From Mytilus californianus (Eukaryota), in assembly GCF_021869535.1 (NCBI RefSeq), contig NW_026262734.1, positions 44,454,001 through 44,518,000 on the forward strand: a stretch of DNA of 64,000 bases. Reading direction: 5' to 3'. The notes beneath the pieces are model-generated. The model was not told where the DNA came from. It was given only the letters and a program-made list of their open reading frames with translations, and did no database searches. Below are positions 35,201 through 49,845 of the stretch, piece by piece (within the stretch, counting starts at the first letter, position 1; each line of letters starts with the position of its first letter). The translations under genes and the position numbers were made by a program.

Positions 35201-36617
35201 AAGATGATGAACGACCGTAAAAAAGAAACAAACAACGTTCTTATAATACTATAATATATAAATTAGGCAAGTGGACACAATGTAACAATTCTTTATATTT
35301 AGGTGATGAAGATAATGATCCACATGTGAAACCTGTGGTTGATTTTGGCATTGGAATCGGAAATATGCTTTTCGAAATCGGAGAAAAACATAACAAAAAT
35401 AAATAGTCCATCACGAGTTAAACTAAGGCGTTGCGAATTAAGTTATCCTGTTCATCTCTACTTTAAACCTAGCAAAATACACACCGAAAAGGGGTACAAT
35501 GACGTCTAATGTTTTACACACACGTTGTTTTAAAAATTAGTCAATACACAACACAACTTACACATCTAGGCTACTGCACATACAATCAAGATAACCTCTC
35601 CATTATCCAGGATAAGCATATTATAAAAATAGTCATTATTTAGATTTTTATTTGAATAGGCGAATACCATAGGATTTCGGTAAATTGTATCATGCTAAGA
35701 CCTATGAGGAACACTGAAAATTAGTGTATTGAAATAGCTTTAGATATTGTATATGCTTTTTTTTTATTGCAAATATATTTGATCAGTATGCAACAAAGAT
35801 TAAAATTAGATATTAATAATATTTGTATAACAAGCTTCTTATACAACGTATTTGATGAAACAAAACAAAATATATGTGCGTGTATATTTTTAATATGAAA
35901 TAGTTCTACAATTGTCTATTGACATGATTGATTTAAATTACTTTAATTGTTGTTTTGAATGAACTTTTTATTATAACAGATTGACTGTGTTATATATCTA
36001 TATTTTTACCGATTCGGCAGTATACATTCTCTATTGATTCGTTGGTATTTAAATATTTTATCTCAAGAAAATCTTGCACGAAATAAAGATTGTGAAATTA
36101 CTTTATAATTTAACATCCCTTTTTGTTATTTCGAAGTGAATTACTATTTGACCTTCAATCTGCTTTTGAATTTTACAAAATCAATACGTTTTTAAATATT
36201 TTAGAAGGTCTTCTGATTACAAAGTCTTAAGAATTATCTACTCTGTCCTTGAGTGGTAAGTGACATTTCATGTTTTTTACTACTGAACTATAGTACGTTT
36301 AATTGTAAAGTAGTAAAGATGTTTGAAACAAGTAATATTTGTCCAGCTTTTCCATAAAAAACTTTTTTGTGAAACAACTTTGAATTCTTTACTAAAAACA
36401 AAACTTTATTTGCAGACCCTCAGTTTTTTTAGTAATGAGAATATAGAAAACATAATCGAACTAAAATATTTAAGCTGATTCGAACTCAAAACAGCATAGT
36501 ACAAAAGAGCATATATGTAGTTCCAATATCAATTAATTATATCGTGACAAAAGACATGTAAAAAAAAAGCAAAATCCTTTCATTATTACATTGTACTGTA
36601 TTTGTCTTCAAAACAAC

Positions 36618-36874
36618 GTTGGCCTCGGTGGTCGAGTGGTCTAAGTAGTCGAACTACTGTATCACTAGCCTGTCTACACCGAGGTTGTGAGTTCGAAACC
36701 CGCACGTGGGAGATGCACTGTACTTAATCTTAATTGACTAAGATTGTCAGTTGTTTCCTACTGAAGGTCGGTGGCTCTCTCCGGACACTCCGGCTTCCTC
36801 CATCAATACAAACTGACTGCCACTAAATAGCACAACAGTGCTGAAAGTTGCGCTAAACACCATCAATCAATCAA
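36618..36874 (+). mobile_element. tRNA-derived SINE (~257 bp) with (ATCA)n tail and 13-bp TSD
   Basis: Box A/B motifs, the same central domain as 31518-32008, TSD TCTTCAAAACAAC at 36605-36617 and 36875-36887. Confidence 0.9.
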
Positions 36875-37896
36875 TCTTCAAAACAACAGATGTTCATTCT
36901 TTGTACAGCTTTTCATATTTAAAACAACCATTTATGAATTTATTCTCTCCGCACAAATGAACGAATTTTGCAAGTCACACTTGATCAGAATAAATGTTAT
37001 TTGAAGGGTTGATAATTAATCAAGACATTAAAGTGTCATCTTTTTTTCAATCTGGAACTACTTTTCTAAATCATAAAAATACCTAGCCCTCAAGTATAAA
37101 CGTCAGGCTTCCAGTGAAGATATACTATCAATGGGGACAATTTTCATTGAAATACAAATTTCAAATTGATCAAAAGATATATATATATTTTGAAAATTTT
37201 TCAAAGAAAATTTGAGAATTCTCTGTTTTGTTTTCTTTTTTGAATGGGAATGATCTGATAATAGATAACTGACAAGGTAAAAAAGAACAAATTGTACCAG
37301 TTTTTATTGATCTTCAAGCTAATTACTAGGCCAAATCCAACTAAGTAAGACATTACGTGACTTTGATGACGTAGCGAGATGCCATTTTGTGTCATTTGTC
37401 CCATATAAAATGCATAGGTGCTTCAATAAAGTTCAATTTTCTCATTAATATGACCCGTTTTCCTTAGTATTCGAACATAATTCTACCTTAAAATGTTGGT
37501 CCTGGCAGTTTAAGTTTTGATTAAATTACGTCTCAGGAGATTCGTAAAAATCGTACTCTTTTTGTTATTTCCCCGTTGTCTCAATGGTAACACTAGCGAC
37601 CGCATGTCTTCTTGTACATCAAATTCACAAATTCCGTTGATGAAAGTAATCTTTTGCAGCTATATTGAAAATTTCAACACATATATTTAGCAAAGGAGGA
37701 TACTTTTAACAGTTTAAATCGAGAGGAAATTACGTCCAACATCGATTTAAAAAAGTGAATTATTTGGTATTTTTCAAAATGGCGGATGTGTTTGGCAGTG
37801 TCGCATGTATTTTTATACATCTTTTATTTTTCATGCAGAATTTGTGCTGTTTCTGTTATTTTCTTTGTTGATATTCTGATTAATTTGTTTTTCAGG

Positions 37897-38616
37897 TAAA
37901 ATTGAGAATGGAAATGGGTAATGTGTCAAAGAGACAACAACCCAACCAAAAAACAGAAACAGCCGAAGGCCACCAATGGGTCTTCAACACAGCGAGAAAA
38001 TCCCGCACCCGGAGGCGGGCTTCAGCTGGTCCCTAAACAAAAATGTGTATTAGTTCTGTGAAAATGGACGTCACACTTATCTCCAAAACATTTAGATGAA
38101 TTTAAATTAAAAAAACATACAAGACTAACAAAGGCCAGAGAAACTTGACTTGGGACAGGCGTAAAAATGCGGCGGTGTTAAACATGTTTTGTACGATTTC
38201 AACCCTCCTCTATACCTCTAGCCAATGTAGAATAAACAAACACACAGCAATACGCACAGTAAAACTCAGTTCAAAAGAGTCTGAATCCGATGTCAGAATA
38301 GATAACAAAAGAAACTAAGCAAAATGACAATGATTTATAAATTAACAAAGGACTACTAGCAGTTAGTGACATGCCAGCTCCAGACCTCAATTAAACACAA
38401 TCCCTACCGTTAGGGGTTTAGTATCATACCAACAAAAAAATATATGAGTTGAACAGAACCCGTATTATGCCAACAACTGGTTTTAGAATAAATGTGTTTA
38501 TTTCCGATGCAAAGACCCTATGAGTGAATCAATATTAATACCAAAATATGCCATCATTAATGACCTAACAACAGTATCGTAACTATATCCCCTCTGAATA
38601 AGTCTGTTTAAAGGTT
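37897..38616 (-). mobile_element. Naiad family B 3'-end copy (UTR + last ORF codons)
   Basis: Collinear with 668-1430 over ~700 bp. Confidence 0.85.
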
Positions 38617-38971
38617 AGGTGCATACATACTGAATTGGTTTTGATAATTGTTATGGCCGTACAGAAACCAATAGTTGTTCACACAACTGTTTCCGTTGGT
38701 TTCCGATTGTTCTCTGATTGACAATTATACACATCTCTTTATGTTTACATTTGTAGCAAATTTATTCATCACGAAGATGTATGCTTTCACATAATGCTAT
38801 ATTTAACACGGTACAAATAGAAGGCTACTTCATTTTTTAAGAAATACCATTTAAATCAAAGATATTTCTTTTTTTAATTTTTTGTTTAGGATTCATAAAT
38901 AGGTTAAAGTAGAAATCCTACTTTTTTGTTTGCATCTATACTAGGCTGCAGTAGTTAACCGATGCTCTAAT

Positions 38972-39189
38972 GAGCCCCCTCATGCGGGTGTCCAAGTAAT
39001 CACATAATCACAAATGTTTTGCCAATATAATCACATAATCATTAATTTTTTTTTTAAACAAGATAATCAAATAATCAAAAATACAGTCCTAGATTATTAA
39101 ATAATCATGAAATATTTGATCTGGTATTCAAATAATCACTATAAAAACAGCAAAGTAATCATATAATCAAAAACCCCATGAAGAGGCTT
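38972..39189. mobile_element. 218-bp MITE with imperfect ~17-bp TIRs and repeated ATAATC motifs
   Basis: GAGCCCCCTCATGCGGGT ... ACCCCATGAAGAGGCTT; TCTAAT directly repeated on both flanks. Confidence 0.6.
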
Positions 39190-41018
39190 TCTAATCTCGT
39201 TTATTTGTATGTTTATATAAAGCTGGTAAACAAATCTAAGGTTTTTACAGGCACTCCAAAAAAACTGATACGTCGAAAAAATAGTAAAAAACCTGTGTAA
39301 GCATACTAAGCAGACATTTACTTAGTATGTGTCTTCTGTTATTTTTACTAAAAAATCTGTCGATGGTATAGTTGAATTACTGAATTTTTTCAAAATTGCC
39401 TGAATTTGCCTTTTTAAAATATACATAAATAAAAGCAAATGAAAATCATCGAAAGCTACAATGAAAACAAAAATATGTAAAGCGGCTCATTAACGGGCAA
39501 CATTTTCTAAAAGGAGTCAATTGATGAATACTTCCGATCAAATTATTTGTAGATACTCCCTTGTTTTAGTTAACCTCTTCACAATTTCTCCCAATGACAA
39601 CAGTTTTCACACAAAAAAGCAATGGTAAAGTGTGTTATATATGCAACTTTACTTAACCAGATTTTAAGCAAGTATTGCTATAATGACTAAACTGGAAATT
39701 TCATTTAGTACAGTCAGAGAAGATTTGTTTCAAATGTTAACGATGACAGACGATAAACGACTGTCACCGCAAGGTTCTCGCGATGACTTCAGCTTAGAAG
39801 GTCATCCGGTCTAGGTGAACTATAAATTAGATTGCATTTTCTCCTATCAGAGTCACACGTGTGCCCGTTCGTTGTCTAAAAACATTGCTCAAGAATATGG
39901 AAGTAAAAACGAAATGGCGCAATTGAAATTATTTTTAACATTCACCAATGAGTCCAACAAAAACTCCCACCCCCCCTTTTTCCCCTAAAAAAGATTTCTA
40001 TTTGACATAAAACGTATTTCTTTTTCTTAAAATGTTAGAAAAGCAATATTCAAAATGTTAGTACTTAAGAACATACAAATTAGTTTTTACTATTTTATAA
40101 ATGTATTTTGTGTAAAACAAAATACGTCACAACCTTTTTAAAATCTTATTCTTAACGTACACATATCGCAAAAACATGTCATTTAACATTTATGAAATTA
40201 ATTTGATTGATTGATATAGCGAAACAATGTTTCAAATAATGATAATACCAAAGGAAAGTCAAACTACAAGTCAAAGCAAATTGACAACGAAATGACAAAA
40301 AAAAAAAAAACGAAAATCGACCAAAAAAGACATTCAGCAGTCTTCTGAACATAACGTTGAAAACTAAAGACTTCTTTCTATAGTGAAGGTGATTTGAATA
40401 CGTGTTTTATAGTTATCTAGTTTGTTTGAAAAACAACTGTACGCGAAGTTGAAAAAGGATTCAAATAAGTATAATCTGCAATCCTCTTCTAATAGAAAAA
40501 ACAGAACTGCCATGCCATGTTGTTTGACAGAAGGTTTTATTTCATCATGGTTCTTCAAATGCTGTATTTATTCACCATACTACTAGTAAAGAGACAATTA
40601 GGGTAACTTATTTTATAAATAGCAAATCAGTTGATGAATTGAATTACCATACCAAACCAAACTTGTGCATTTTGTGTAGACAATTTATTTCAGATAAATT
40701 TTTCGAAAATGATTCACACTATCAATCGATATTCAAAGGCGTAAGGTATACATGTCCAGAAAATATCTTTACTGTTATGAAAAGATAATTTGGATAATTT
40801 TAATCAAAGCAGTTGATTACTATTATACCGGAGTGTTGTACTTGTTAATATTTTGCTAAATCTAGACAACAGATTGTCGAACTTATAATGTTCATTTATA
40901 TCTTTCTAATCGTCGACAGCTTATTATCTTCTTTTGTTATTTTTTCCGTTATTATTGGTTACCTTCACACCATACGAACTTCGTACTGTATGCTGTCTTT
41001 TTAAATCTTTTTATTGGA

Positions 41019-41062
41019 GCGTGACTGATAAGTCTTTTGTAGATGAAACGCGCGTCTGGCGT
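41019..41062 (+). ncRNA. Degenerate minimal hammerhead, third family
   Basis: gcgtga-CUGAUAA-gtct tttgt agat-GAAA-cgcgcg-UC-tggcgt; G8A change and a G-U closing pair. Confidence 0.55.
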
Positions 41063-44000
41063 TCAAAATGTTAATCTGAGTATCTATGTTTATTTATTAA
41101 CTTTGGTGTTCTTCTGACACAGACATTGCTCCAAAAGATTTATGAGATAGAACGATTGAAACCAACATTTCATACGTTTTGATGTCATAATAACTTATTT
41201 GTTAACCGATACTATACGTCGTGTCTGTGTATCATCTCAATAGCGACACATTTTCATAGTCTAAAGTCTTCATATAATTTGTTACCAGAATAGTCGCCCG
41301 ATCTGTAAGTTTAAAGATTGTTTCCTATTCCTGATTGTGACATTGTTACTGCATGTGGACTCGAATGGTGGAGTATGCATGCACAGCGAGAGACGCTTAC
41401 CCTGTCAACGCACTAGGTCTCGTTCCTTTTGGAATTCATGCAAATTACTCAAATTGTGTTTTGTGCTGTAACTTGTGTAATTTTCATCTTCTTAATGAGT
41501 TGATGAGACAGCAGTCTCTCATTTGTACGACAGAAACGGTTTTTTTTCATAACATTACTGCCACTACTGTATATATTTTCAACATATTTCATATCGTTAA
41601 CACGTCTTTTCCCTATTCAAGTCATATGGTGAAGGAATCAATGATTCAAAAACGGATGGCCTAAAACGGTTGATGAATACTTTGTCGGATTTTTTCAATA
41701 ACAAAATCTATCCTTCCATCTGAAAAAACAAACCGCCTGCGCTGTGCCCCATGTTTAAGTTCACAAGGTCAACTAAGTTATATATTCAGTTGGGTGATGT
41801 CATGACTTGTACATCAGTTTATCTTGATTACCAGACATTTTACTGACCAAAATAAATTAAATGCGACAGATATTATGACTGGTCCGACCGGTCTTAGGAC
41901 CAAAGTCAGGTCTTTAGACATGTCCGCGACTTGACTGAAATAAACTCCGAAATCTATGCTGCACATAATTTATCTTCGATTCGGAAAGTTCAGATTGAAC
42001 CAGGCTTGTTCTAAATTAACTTTGAATCTGCTCTGCTCTGCGCTTAGTTAACTTGAGATCAAAACTGTTTTGTATAAATTATTAACATATAACAAAAATG
42101 ATTTTTTTCCATATAAGCAATCTGCATAAAAGTTGATTGGATTATAAATATCCCCTGATCTTCCTGTAATAGAACAGAGAAAATGTTTTGGTTACACTAT
42201 TAAAATTCAAACAGATTACGAAAATATACATTCATGTGTATACTACATGTTTTAATCAAAAACAAATCCGTTATAAGATATAACAATCTGTGTATATTTG
42301 TAAGTTTAAAAACTTGGTTGTGAAAGGATCGATTAACACTGGCATCATTTGATCTTAATATTGAAAAATGAAATTCCGGTATCATATATCCGTTAGTTTG
42401 ATAACTCAGGAATAATCGATTAATATAAAGGACACACACATTAATATGCATAAGTAAAGAAAATTGTCAGTTTTAATAAATAAAGTTCCAACTTCCTTGA
42501 CAAAATAAGTTTTAAATTTGTTCCTGTATAATCAAAGACATGAATGAGTGTAAAGTGTTATGTCAAATTTGTATATGTAGCATTTATATGAATTGTATTC
42601 AAACAGAATATTGGTTCTTATTTCACAACAATTGGCTTTAGACATTCGATATCTCAATGTGATTAAAGATATTTCGATTGAAAGATATATAAAATATTGG
42701 AATGATAATCTTCAACAGAATGCTGCAGTGAATAAGATTAAATCATGACCTTATTTGGAATATAAAGATTTTTTTCAAAAGAGATTATTTAACTGATGTT
42801 AAGATTTTTGATAATTTAGTTCAAAATGAAGTATTTATTTATTGTTAAGATTTTTGATATTAGAAAGCTTTTCATCAATTTCACCATTGATCAGAGTAGT
42901 TATACAAATATAAGTGAACATTATACGAATTTGGAAATTTTGTTCTTTAATGGCAATTAAAGATACCATTTTGTTTTCTTATGGAATGATCAGCATTCGA
43001 TCACATCGACAACTTATTTTATATTCTGTAAGTTACAAAAACACATATATTTGTCTTCTTTTGTGTGGTCATGACAAAATATGTAACACCGTGGCTTTGA
43101 GTTGTTATAAATGTTTCACAATTAGAAAGCAACTACTCAAGTTAGCTAAATATTTTTATTAATGGGAAGTCTATAAAAACTGTCAAAATCATAATCTATC
43201 ATTTATCGAAACCAGGAAAAAACAACTGCCATATTCCTGACTTGGTACAGGCATTTTCCGAAGGAAATGGTGAGTTAAATCTGGTTTTATAGCTAGCTAA
43301 ACGCTTCATGTGTATGACATGTGGTTTATAGTTCCTGTTTATTGACAAAATTTGGTGAACAACTCAAACAAACATAATCAGGTTAATGTGCCAGTAATTG
43401 GGATCCAGCAGTTAAAACTGTGTAAACATACATTACAGACATACAACACAACTGACTAAAAAATTAAACAAACATAAAAATTAACTTATGTCTGTTCATA
43501 GTCATAATTATCCTTTGAAGCATACCTCCAAGACACAATGATTTTGAATTTGGGAATAACCTGCTTTTTAGGATTTAGCTGTTGAAATATTTTTTTTCAT
43601 GTTCATTCAACTTTCTGACTATTATCAAGTACGATTCTAGACGTGCACAAGATGAGAACAACATTTTGCGGAATTTTTCATCTGTGTGATATTAACACCT
43701 GACCACTTATTGAAATGTCCAATGTTAAGCCTATTTTGCATTGGAATGGAGATGTTCGTATTGTATTTTAACCATGGTACACGTAAAATGGTTTTACAGA
43801 ATTTCGCAGTTCCAAACGATTTCTAAAATAGCTTAAACAATTGTTTATTTTTTATTAACCGCTCATTATTATTCTTAAAGGCTGTTTCGGTATAATAGAA
43901 TGGATATTGCCATCGTACAATGTATGAAGTGAATATTTCAATCATATGAAAACAGTTATTGTATATCTTGTTATATTAAACATTTTTGTTTCTCACTTTT

Positions 44001-47000
44001 TATCTGTGAGAATGTTTAGTTTTTATACTGAACTAAAGAAAATCTTATGTATGAATAGGCTCTAGTAAGGAAAGGATTTCTTGTTTTCCAAAGAGGATAT
44101 ACCGATCAAGAAGAAAATGAAGTTGATTATTTCATTAGAATGGCAGAACGTAAGTATACCTATATTTCATGATCTTCTGTTGAATGTTTGAATGCACACA
44201 ATCAGTGCATTATTTTGGACTGTGAATCGACTAGTATTAAATCGTATTGCAAAATACTGTGTATTAAGACGACATATACTACAAAAGGACTTTGACGATT
44301 TTAGTTTGACATGGTCCGATATTGAATCAATGACCACGAATCAAACCGACACTTATTTTACGCTTATGACAATGCCACCATGCACGATGTTACTACCAGT
44401 GAATTTTCGTCCTCGACGATTTCATTAGTCAAGTAATTAGCAATCCTCTGCTGACATGAAATATAACTGATACCTGAATTTTGTAAATTATTGTTCAAAA
44501 AGTTTAATCTTTCGAAATGCTAAGATTTTTTAACATCAGTAATACATTACTTTAGCACTAAGCACAATTTTTTGGAACTCAAAAATACACTTATGATACG
44601 CCACTGCTGACGAACATTCTTGCTAAGATGGTTTCATCAGCCCAGTCGTCAACATTTCTATATATGCAGACATGAAATTTATTTGATACATGCTTTTTAT
44701 TATTATTTACTTATCATATCATTCAAATTTTTACTCCCCGGGTATGAATGGGAGCCAGATTTAGAACATTTTCAATTCACCACAATTTATTTATGGATAT
44801 TGTCATTTCATCTGTTTTAATTTGAGCGCAAAGGATGAGTTTTGAAGGTGGAACACGCGCCAGGCATACACTATTAAAAGTCTGGTATATCTGGTTATTT
44901 TGTATAACATCCGTGAAGTATAATTGTATTTTAATTGCAGATGTGTTAGGTGAAAAGGTGTTGCCCGTTATGGTTTCCTTAAACAATTGTGGATTAATAA
45001 AAGAATGCAATGGCAGTGCTGTCCGTTCGTGGATTCCAATTCTGCAATTTAAGGTACATTTGCAATACATTGTTATGTTTTGAGTCATTTGAACAATAAA
45101 GCGATGACTTACAAAATAATTAATAATATTTTCAGGACAGTCTCAGTAAGGTAAATTTTTCTTCTTCATTTTTTCCCGAATCCCTTTACACCCGTACAAC
45201 TGTCTTTTGTTTGTAATTTATTACAGATATTTTAGCTGCATTGGATGAACCTTTAAAAGTAATCATTCCTAACTTTATACATATGATATATAAAATAAAT
45301 ATAGTTCAGAAAAAATTTGTTTGTTGAAAGCATTTACAAATAAATAACACAATAATTTATCCAACATTTGGAATGACAATTATTTTTTCTTTATTTTTTT
45401 TCCATAGAAAAAAAGTTTAGACGTTAACGTTTTAACAACTGAATATAAGGATCGCAAAAGAACTGAATATAAGACAAACTTAAAGACACCATGGAATGCC
45501 AAAAAATCAATATCTAAAGAAAACACCACTAATGTCATGAATTTTGAGAACCATGAAAAAATATCGACCATTACTGATGTGCAAAGTAATTTTGACTTCG
45601 AAGCTTTGATATGTTATGTGGTTATTGGAGGTATGTCATATTCAAACAAACCATCATTCATCAATTATAAGTTTCTGCAAATTGATGTTTCTTTTCTTTT
45701 TATGACACAAGGTAAACTGAAACACAAGCATTTGTTTCTCGTTTTCCTTTGGAATAATAAAAAAAGAATGTTTTTGTCTTAGAAGTACACACTAAACATG
45801 AAGGTTCGTGTAGTATACAATGCCAAAAGAGACACAAGGAAAGTTAAACATTTTGTAACGTTTGAGTCGGTATCATTCGGGTGTACGCGTAATATATTAT
45901 AAATGAGCGGTAATTAAAGCATTTTATTTTATTACTGTGTCCATTAAGTTAACCTTAATACACTTATATCTCGTTTTGAAGCTGTGACGTTTCGCAGATG
46001 TAGTCAAATTTTTTGGAATACCATGTATCATTTTATTTTCAACAATTAAGGAAACCCCGAAAAGTCCTATGTGTTGAGTTTTCAACGAGTAAAATTCCTA
46101 TTTTCATACTTTTCTAACAATCACCCAGGTTTTGTGGGAGGTTAAGTGTTACGCAGTCTTTAGTTTTGTTGTTTTATGTAGACTGTTGTTTGTGTTTTGG
46201 TCGTTTTTCGTTGTTTGCAAAGGCGTTGTTAGTTTGTTTTTCTTTTTTTTTTTGGCGTTTAAATATTACTTTGTTGTATCCCTCCTCTCTTTCGTATGTC
46301 ACAAATTTGTATGAATAATCTAATGTTAACTAGTTTTTATTTTTTATTTTGTTAAACAGTGCATTTGAACTTTGACTTTAATGTAAAACTGTTGATTTGT
46401 CGACAATTAAAAATAGAATACTTTTTAATTGTTACCACTGGAAATTCGGCATTTTCAAACTGATTTGCACATGTGTGCATGTATGAAGAAATACATATAT
46501 GTGTAAAGCTTGTATGAGAACTTCATACACATAATTTACAGTGAGTGCAAACTTACATAACCTAACCCCTTGATTCAAAAGTATAATAGCACATATCCAA
46601 ATTGTGTATTTTGTGCAATAGAACAAACAATCCAAACACAACTTTGTTGTTTTTTGTATCCTGAGTTCCGAAATACCGATTGGAATTGTTTTACCCACTC
46701 GTCAGTCCGTCTGTAAATTATCTTTGTTTCCGGGTACGATACATGAATTACTTATATCGGATTTTTAGCACACTTTTCTTATAACCTGTCAGTGTTGATA
46801 TCACCTAGCCTTCATTTCGTATTTTAGCTTAAACTAAAAGTCATTTATCCAGGTTGTGTTTTGATAGTTTTATAGTGTTATTAAATGGGTGTTTTCATAT
46901 TAATTCTGTATTATGTTCAAGCTCCACCTCGAGCCAATACAACTAACCTCGACCAAATACGACTGTATGAGGACATAATACAGGATTAATATGAAAACAC

Positions 47001-49404
47001 CCATTTTATGACACCTTTATTAACCAATGATTTAAAATAACCACCAAAAGCTGACTGAGGATAAACACGACTGTAAGAAGACCCATACAGGATCAATATG
47101 AACTATTTGGGGTATTTATCATTTTAATGCAAGGAATGTTGAATAACCACCAAAAAATAGTGATGTGCTATGAATTACCCTTGTATTCACCGATAAAAAA
47201 AACTTTGAGCCGCTCGATTTTAACACGAATTATCTCCTATCAAAATGATGTAACTGACGTATATGTAAACAAAATGGCAACGTCCAGGTAAGAATTGGTC
47301 CGTGGACTGGAGAGACGAAGAAACAAGCATTTGATATCTACCTGGTGCCGAGGATAGATTACACAAACGGCCCTTTTCAGAACCACCAATACTTTACGGA
47401 AAGAGTCTTCATTTGTTGTGCATCTGCAGCATTTTTAGTAAAAAAAAAATTCTCTGACTGATAAGTGTTTTGACAAATTATTTTTTACTACAGGATGACA
47501 TTTACAAGAGCTTATTTAACATGTATTTTCAATGGTTTGAAGGCCCTTTGGTAAAATTAAACAAATTTGTCCAATTATAATTTATGCGGTGCTTATCCGA
47601 GAGTGTCAACCCTACAAACTTCTCTCATTTCGGACTGCGCCCTCAGACAAATAATCGTCTATTGTTGACAACTCTGGATATTCACACTTTCTACCTTCCT
47701 ACTCAAAGAAAAATGTAGTATATCATATGAAACATAACAACAACTCTTAACATCAAGCATGTTGAAATATAATATTTCGCATAATACACACATTCATTTT
47801 CTGACACCTTTTTGAACCAAAAACCGGAAGTTAAAATCCTGTATTAAGACCAGTAAAAAATCTGTATGAACCGGCTTTTCTGTATTAGACTTGTATAAAT
47901 GACCAGCTCTCAGACACATGGAAACGTATTACATGGACAAGTTATTATGTATTGTTAAGCCTTGGTTAATAAATGCAAATACAAACTGGTGAACTCGAGA
48001 AAAAATTCTTGATAGCTTTGTCACAAACGAATCGATGCTGTCCTTTATAGGCTTGCAAAAATACTTTGAATCCTTAATGTTAACGTTAATGGAATCTGGT
48101 GCCGAATAACTGTCTCATTGGCAATCATACCACATCTTATTTTTTCATATTGCATGTATTGAGTGTAGTAATCCATTTACTAAAAGGTAAATTTGAATAA
48201 TCAAATTTAGTAATTTCTAATTATTAATATTATAGTAATTACAAGTATCATTTTGAGTAATTTTAAGTTATACCGTTGGGTAATTTGGTAATAGTTAAAC
48301 AAGTAATGTTTAAATATTAATTTCAAGTAATTGCAAGTGATTTCTTTCCTTATATTTCGGTATTGTTGTTGCTTTACTTTTTATTGTATGATTAATAACT
48401 GGTAATTTTACAAATAATTCATAATATTAACCCATGTAAATGTAAGTAATTCAGAGTATGCAATTATAGTTTTTTCATATGTTTAACATGGTTAACCTTC
48501 CCAGCCACTCTTAAGTGCTACATTCTTTATTAATTTTAGCTAGAACCTGAAAAGAAGTCAAAAACAAAAATACCCTGAAAGTGTCCTTTTGGTACATTTA
48601 TCTCTTCCTTTTATACTTGTGAATGTTCAACCAACTCAGTATGTTAAATTTGTTTCAAAACAGCTTACGAAAAGTCAGATGTGTTTCCCGTTTCTCGTTT
48701 TTTATATAGATTAGACCGTTGGTTTTCCTGTTTGAATGGTTTTACACCAGTCATTTGGGGCCCTTTATAGTTTGTGGTTCGGTGTGAGCCAAGGCTCCAG
48801 GTTGAATGCCGTACTTTGCCTTATAATGGTTTACTTTTACAAATTGTGACTTGGATGGAGAGTTGTGTCATTGGCACTCATACTACATCTTCTTATATCT
48901 AATTTATTCTGTGTCGCTGAATTTTCTTATTTGAATCTTCAATCCAATATCATTTATTTAAAACTGGAATTTGTTTTTGTAAATAAGATACTCTTTAGAC
49001 TATCCAATGTATTCCAATGTATTGTAGTACTGTTATTTACGGATTTTAATTTTCTTTCTTTTTGAAATGTCTATTTCAGTTGCCATGGTAACCGAAGATG
49101 AAAAATACGTAAGATTATATAATATGCATATTAAACTGTGAATCACAGTAAAAAGTCATGTCAACTTTTGTAATTTTCAGGTTATTGTCTGCAGAAGTGC
49201 TATTAATCGATATTATGATGTCTAAAAAGAAAATGATTTAACACTGTTTAAGTAAAATAATAAAAAAAAAACCTATGGTCTCGTTTACCAATGTAAATAT
49301 CATCAGGCATGTATGTGAGATAGCCCAGGACTGAAATTTTGTTCGCTTAATACATAAATAAAAGATGCATATGAGCTAAAAATGGCAAATAAAAAATAAA
49401 AAAC

Positions 49405-49845
49405 AGACTGGTAGTCCGGCAGATTGGTGAAAAAATTGTGGGTTCGATGATAAAAGCACCAAATTTGGCATGGTAGTAGTTTTGGGTGTGTCAAGTAATA
49501 TAAGCTATGGATCCACCTTGAAATTTCAATGTGGCGGCTATTTCCAAGATGGCCGCCATAAAATATCAAAATCAACATATATCACTTCTATAAGGTCACA
49601 TTTAAGCTCAAATTAGGCATGGCAGTAGTGCTGGGTATTTCAAAATATAAGCTGTGAACCCACCTTGAAATTCAAATATGGCGGCATTTTTCCAAAATGG
49701 CCGCCACAAAATATCAAAATCAACAAATATCCCTTATATTAGTTCAAATATGTCATTTTATTAGTGCTGGGTGCTTCAAACACTAAAAGCTATGGACCCA
49801 AATTAAAATTTCAATATGGCGGCTTTTTGCAAGATGGCCGGTATA
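49405..49845. repeat. Tandem ~149-bp units with an internal ATGGCGGC...GCCGCCAT palindrome (Helentron/HINE-like); inverted partial copy at ~54970-55300
   Basis: CAAATT(T/A)GGCATGG at 49460 and 49609, third partial unit; family assignment is inference. Confidence 0.6.

Noticed and set aside
44000-45100. PIF/Harbinger transposase
   Set aside because: No DDE motifs or TIRs could be identified; kept only as an unassigned exon candidate.
46670-46715. Hammerhead at CTGACGA (minus strand)
   Set aside because: No GAAA at the required position after a stem II.
47274-47460. First exon ATGGCAACGTCCAG|gtaag with a Myb/SANT-like WRDEET segment
   Set aside because: Frames are inconsistent and contain stops; the resemblance is too short to support.
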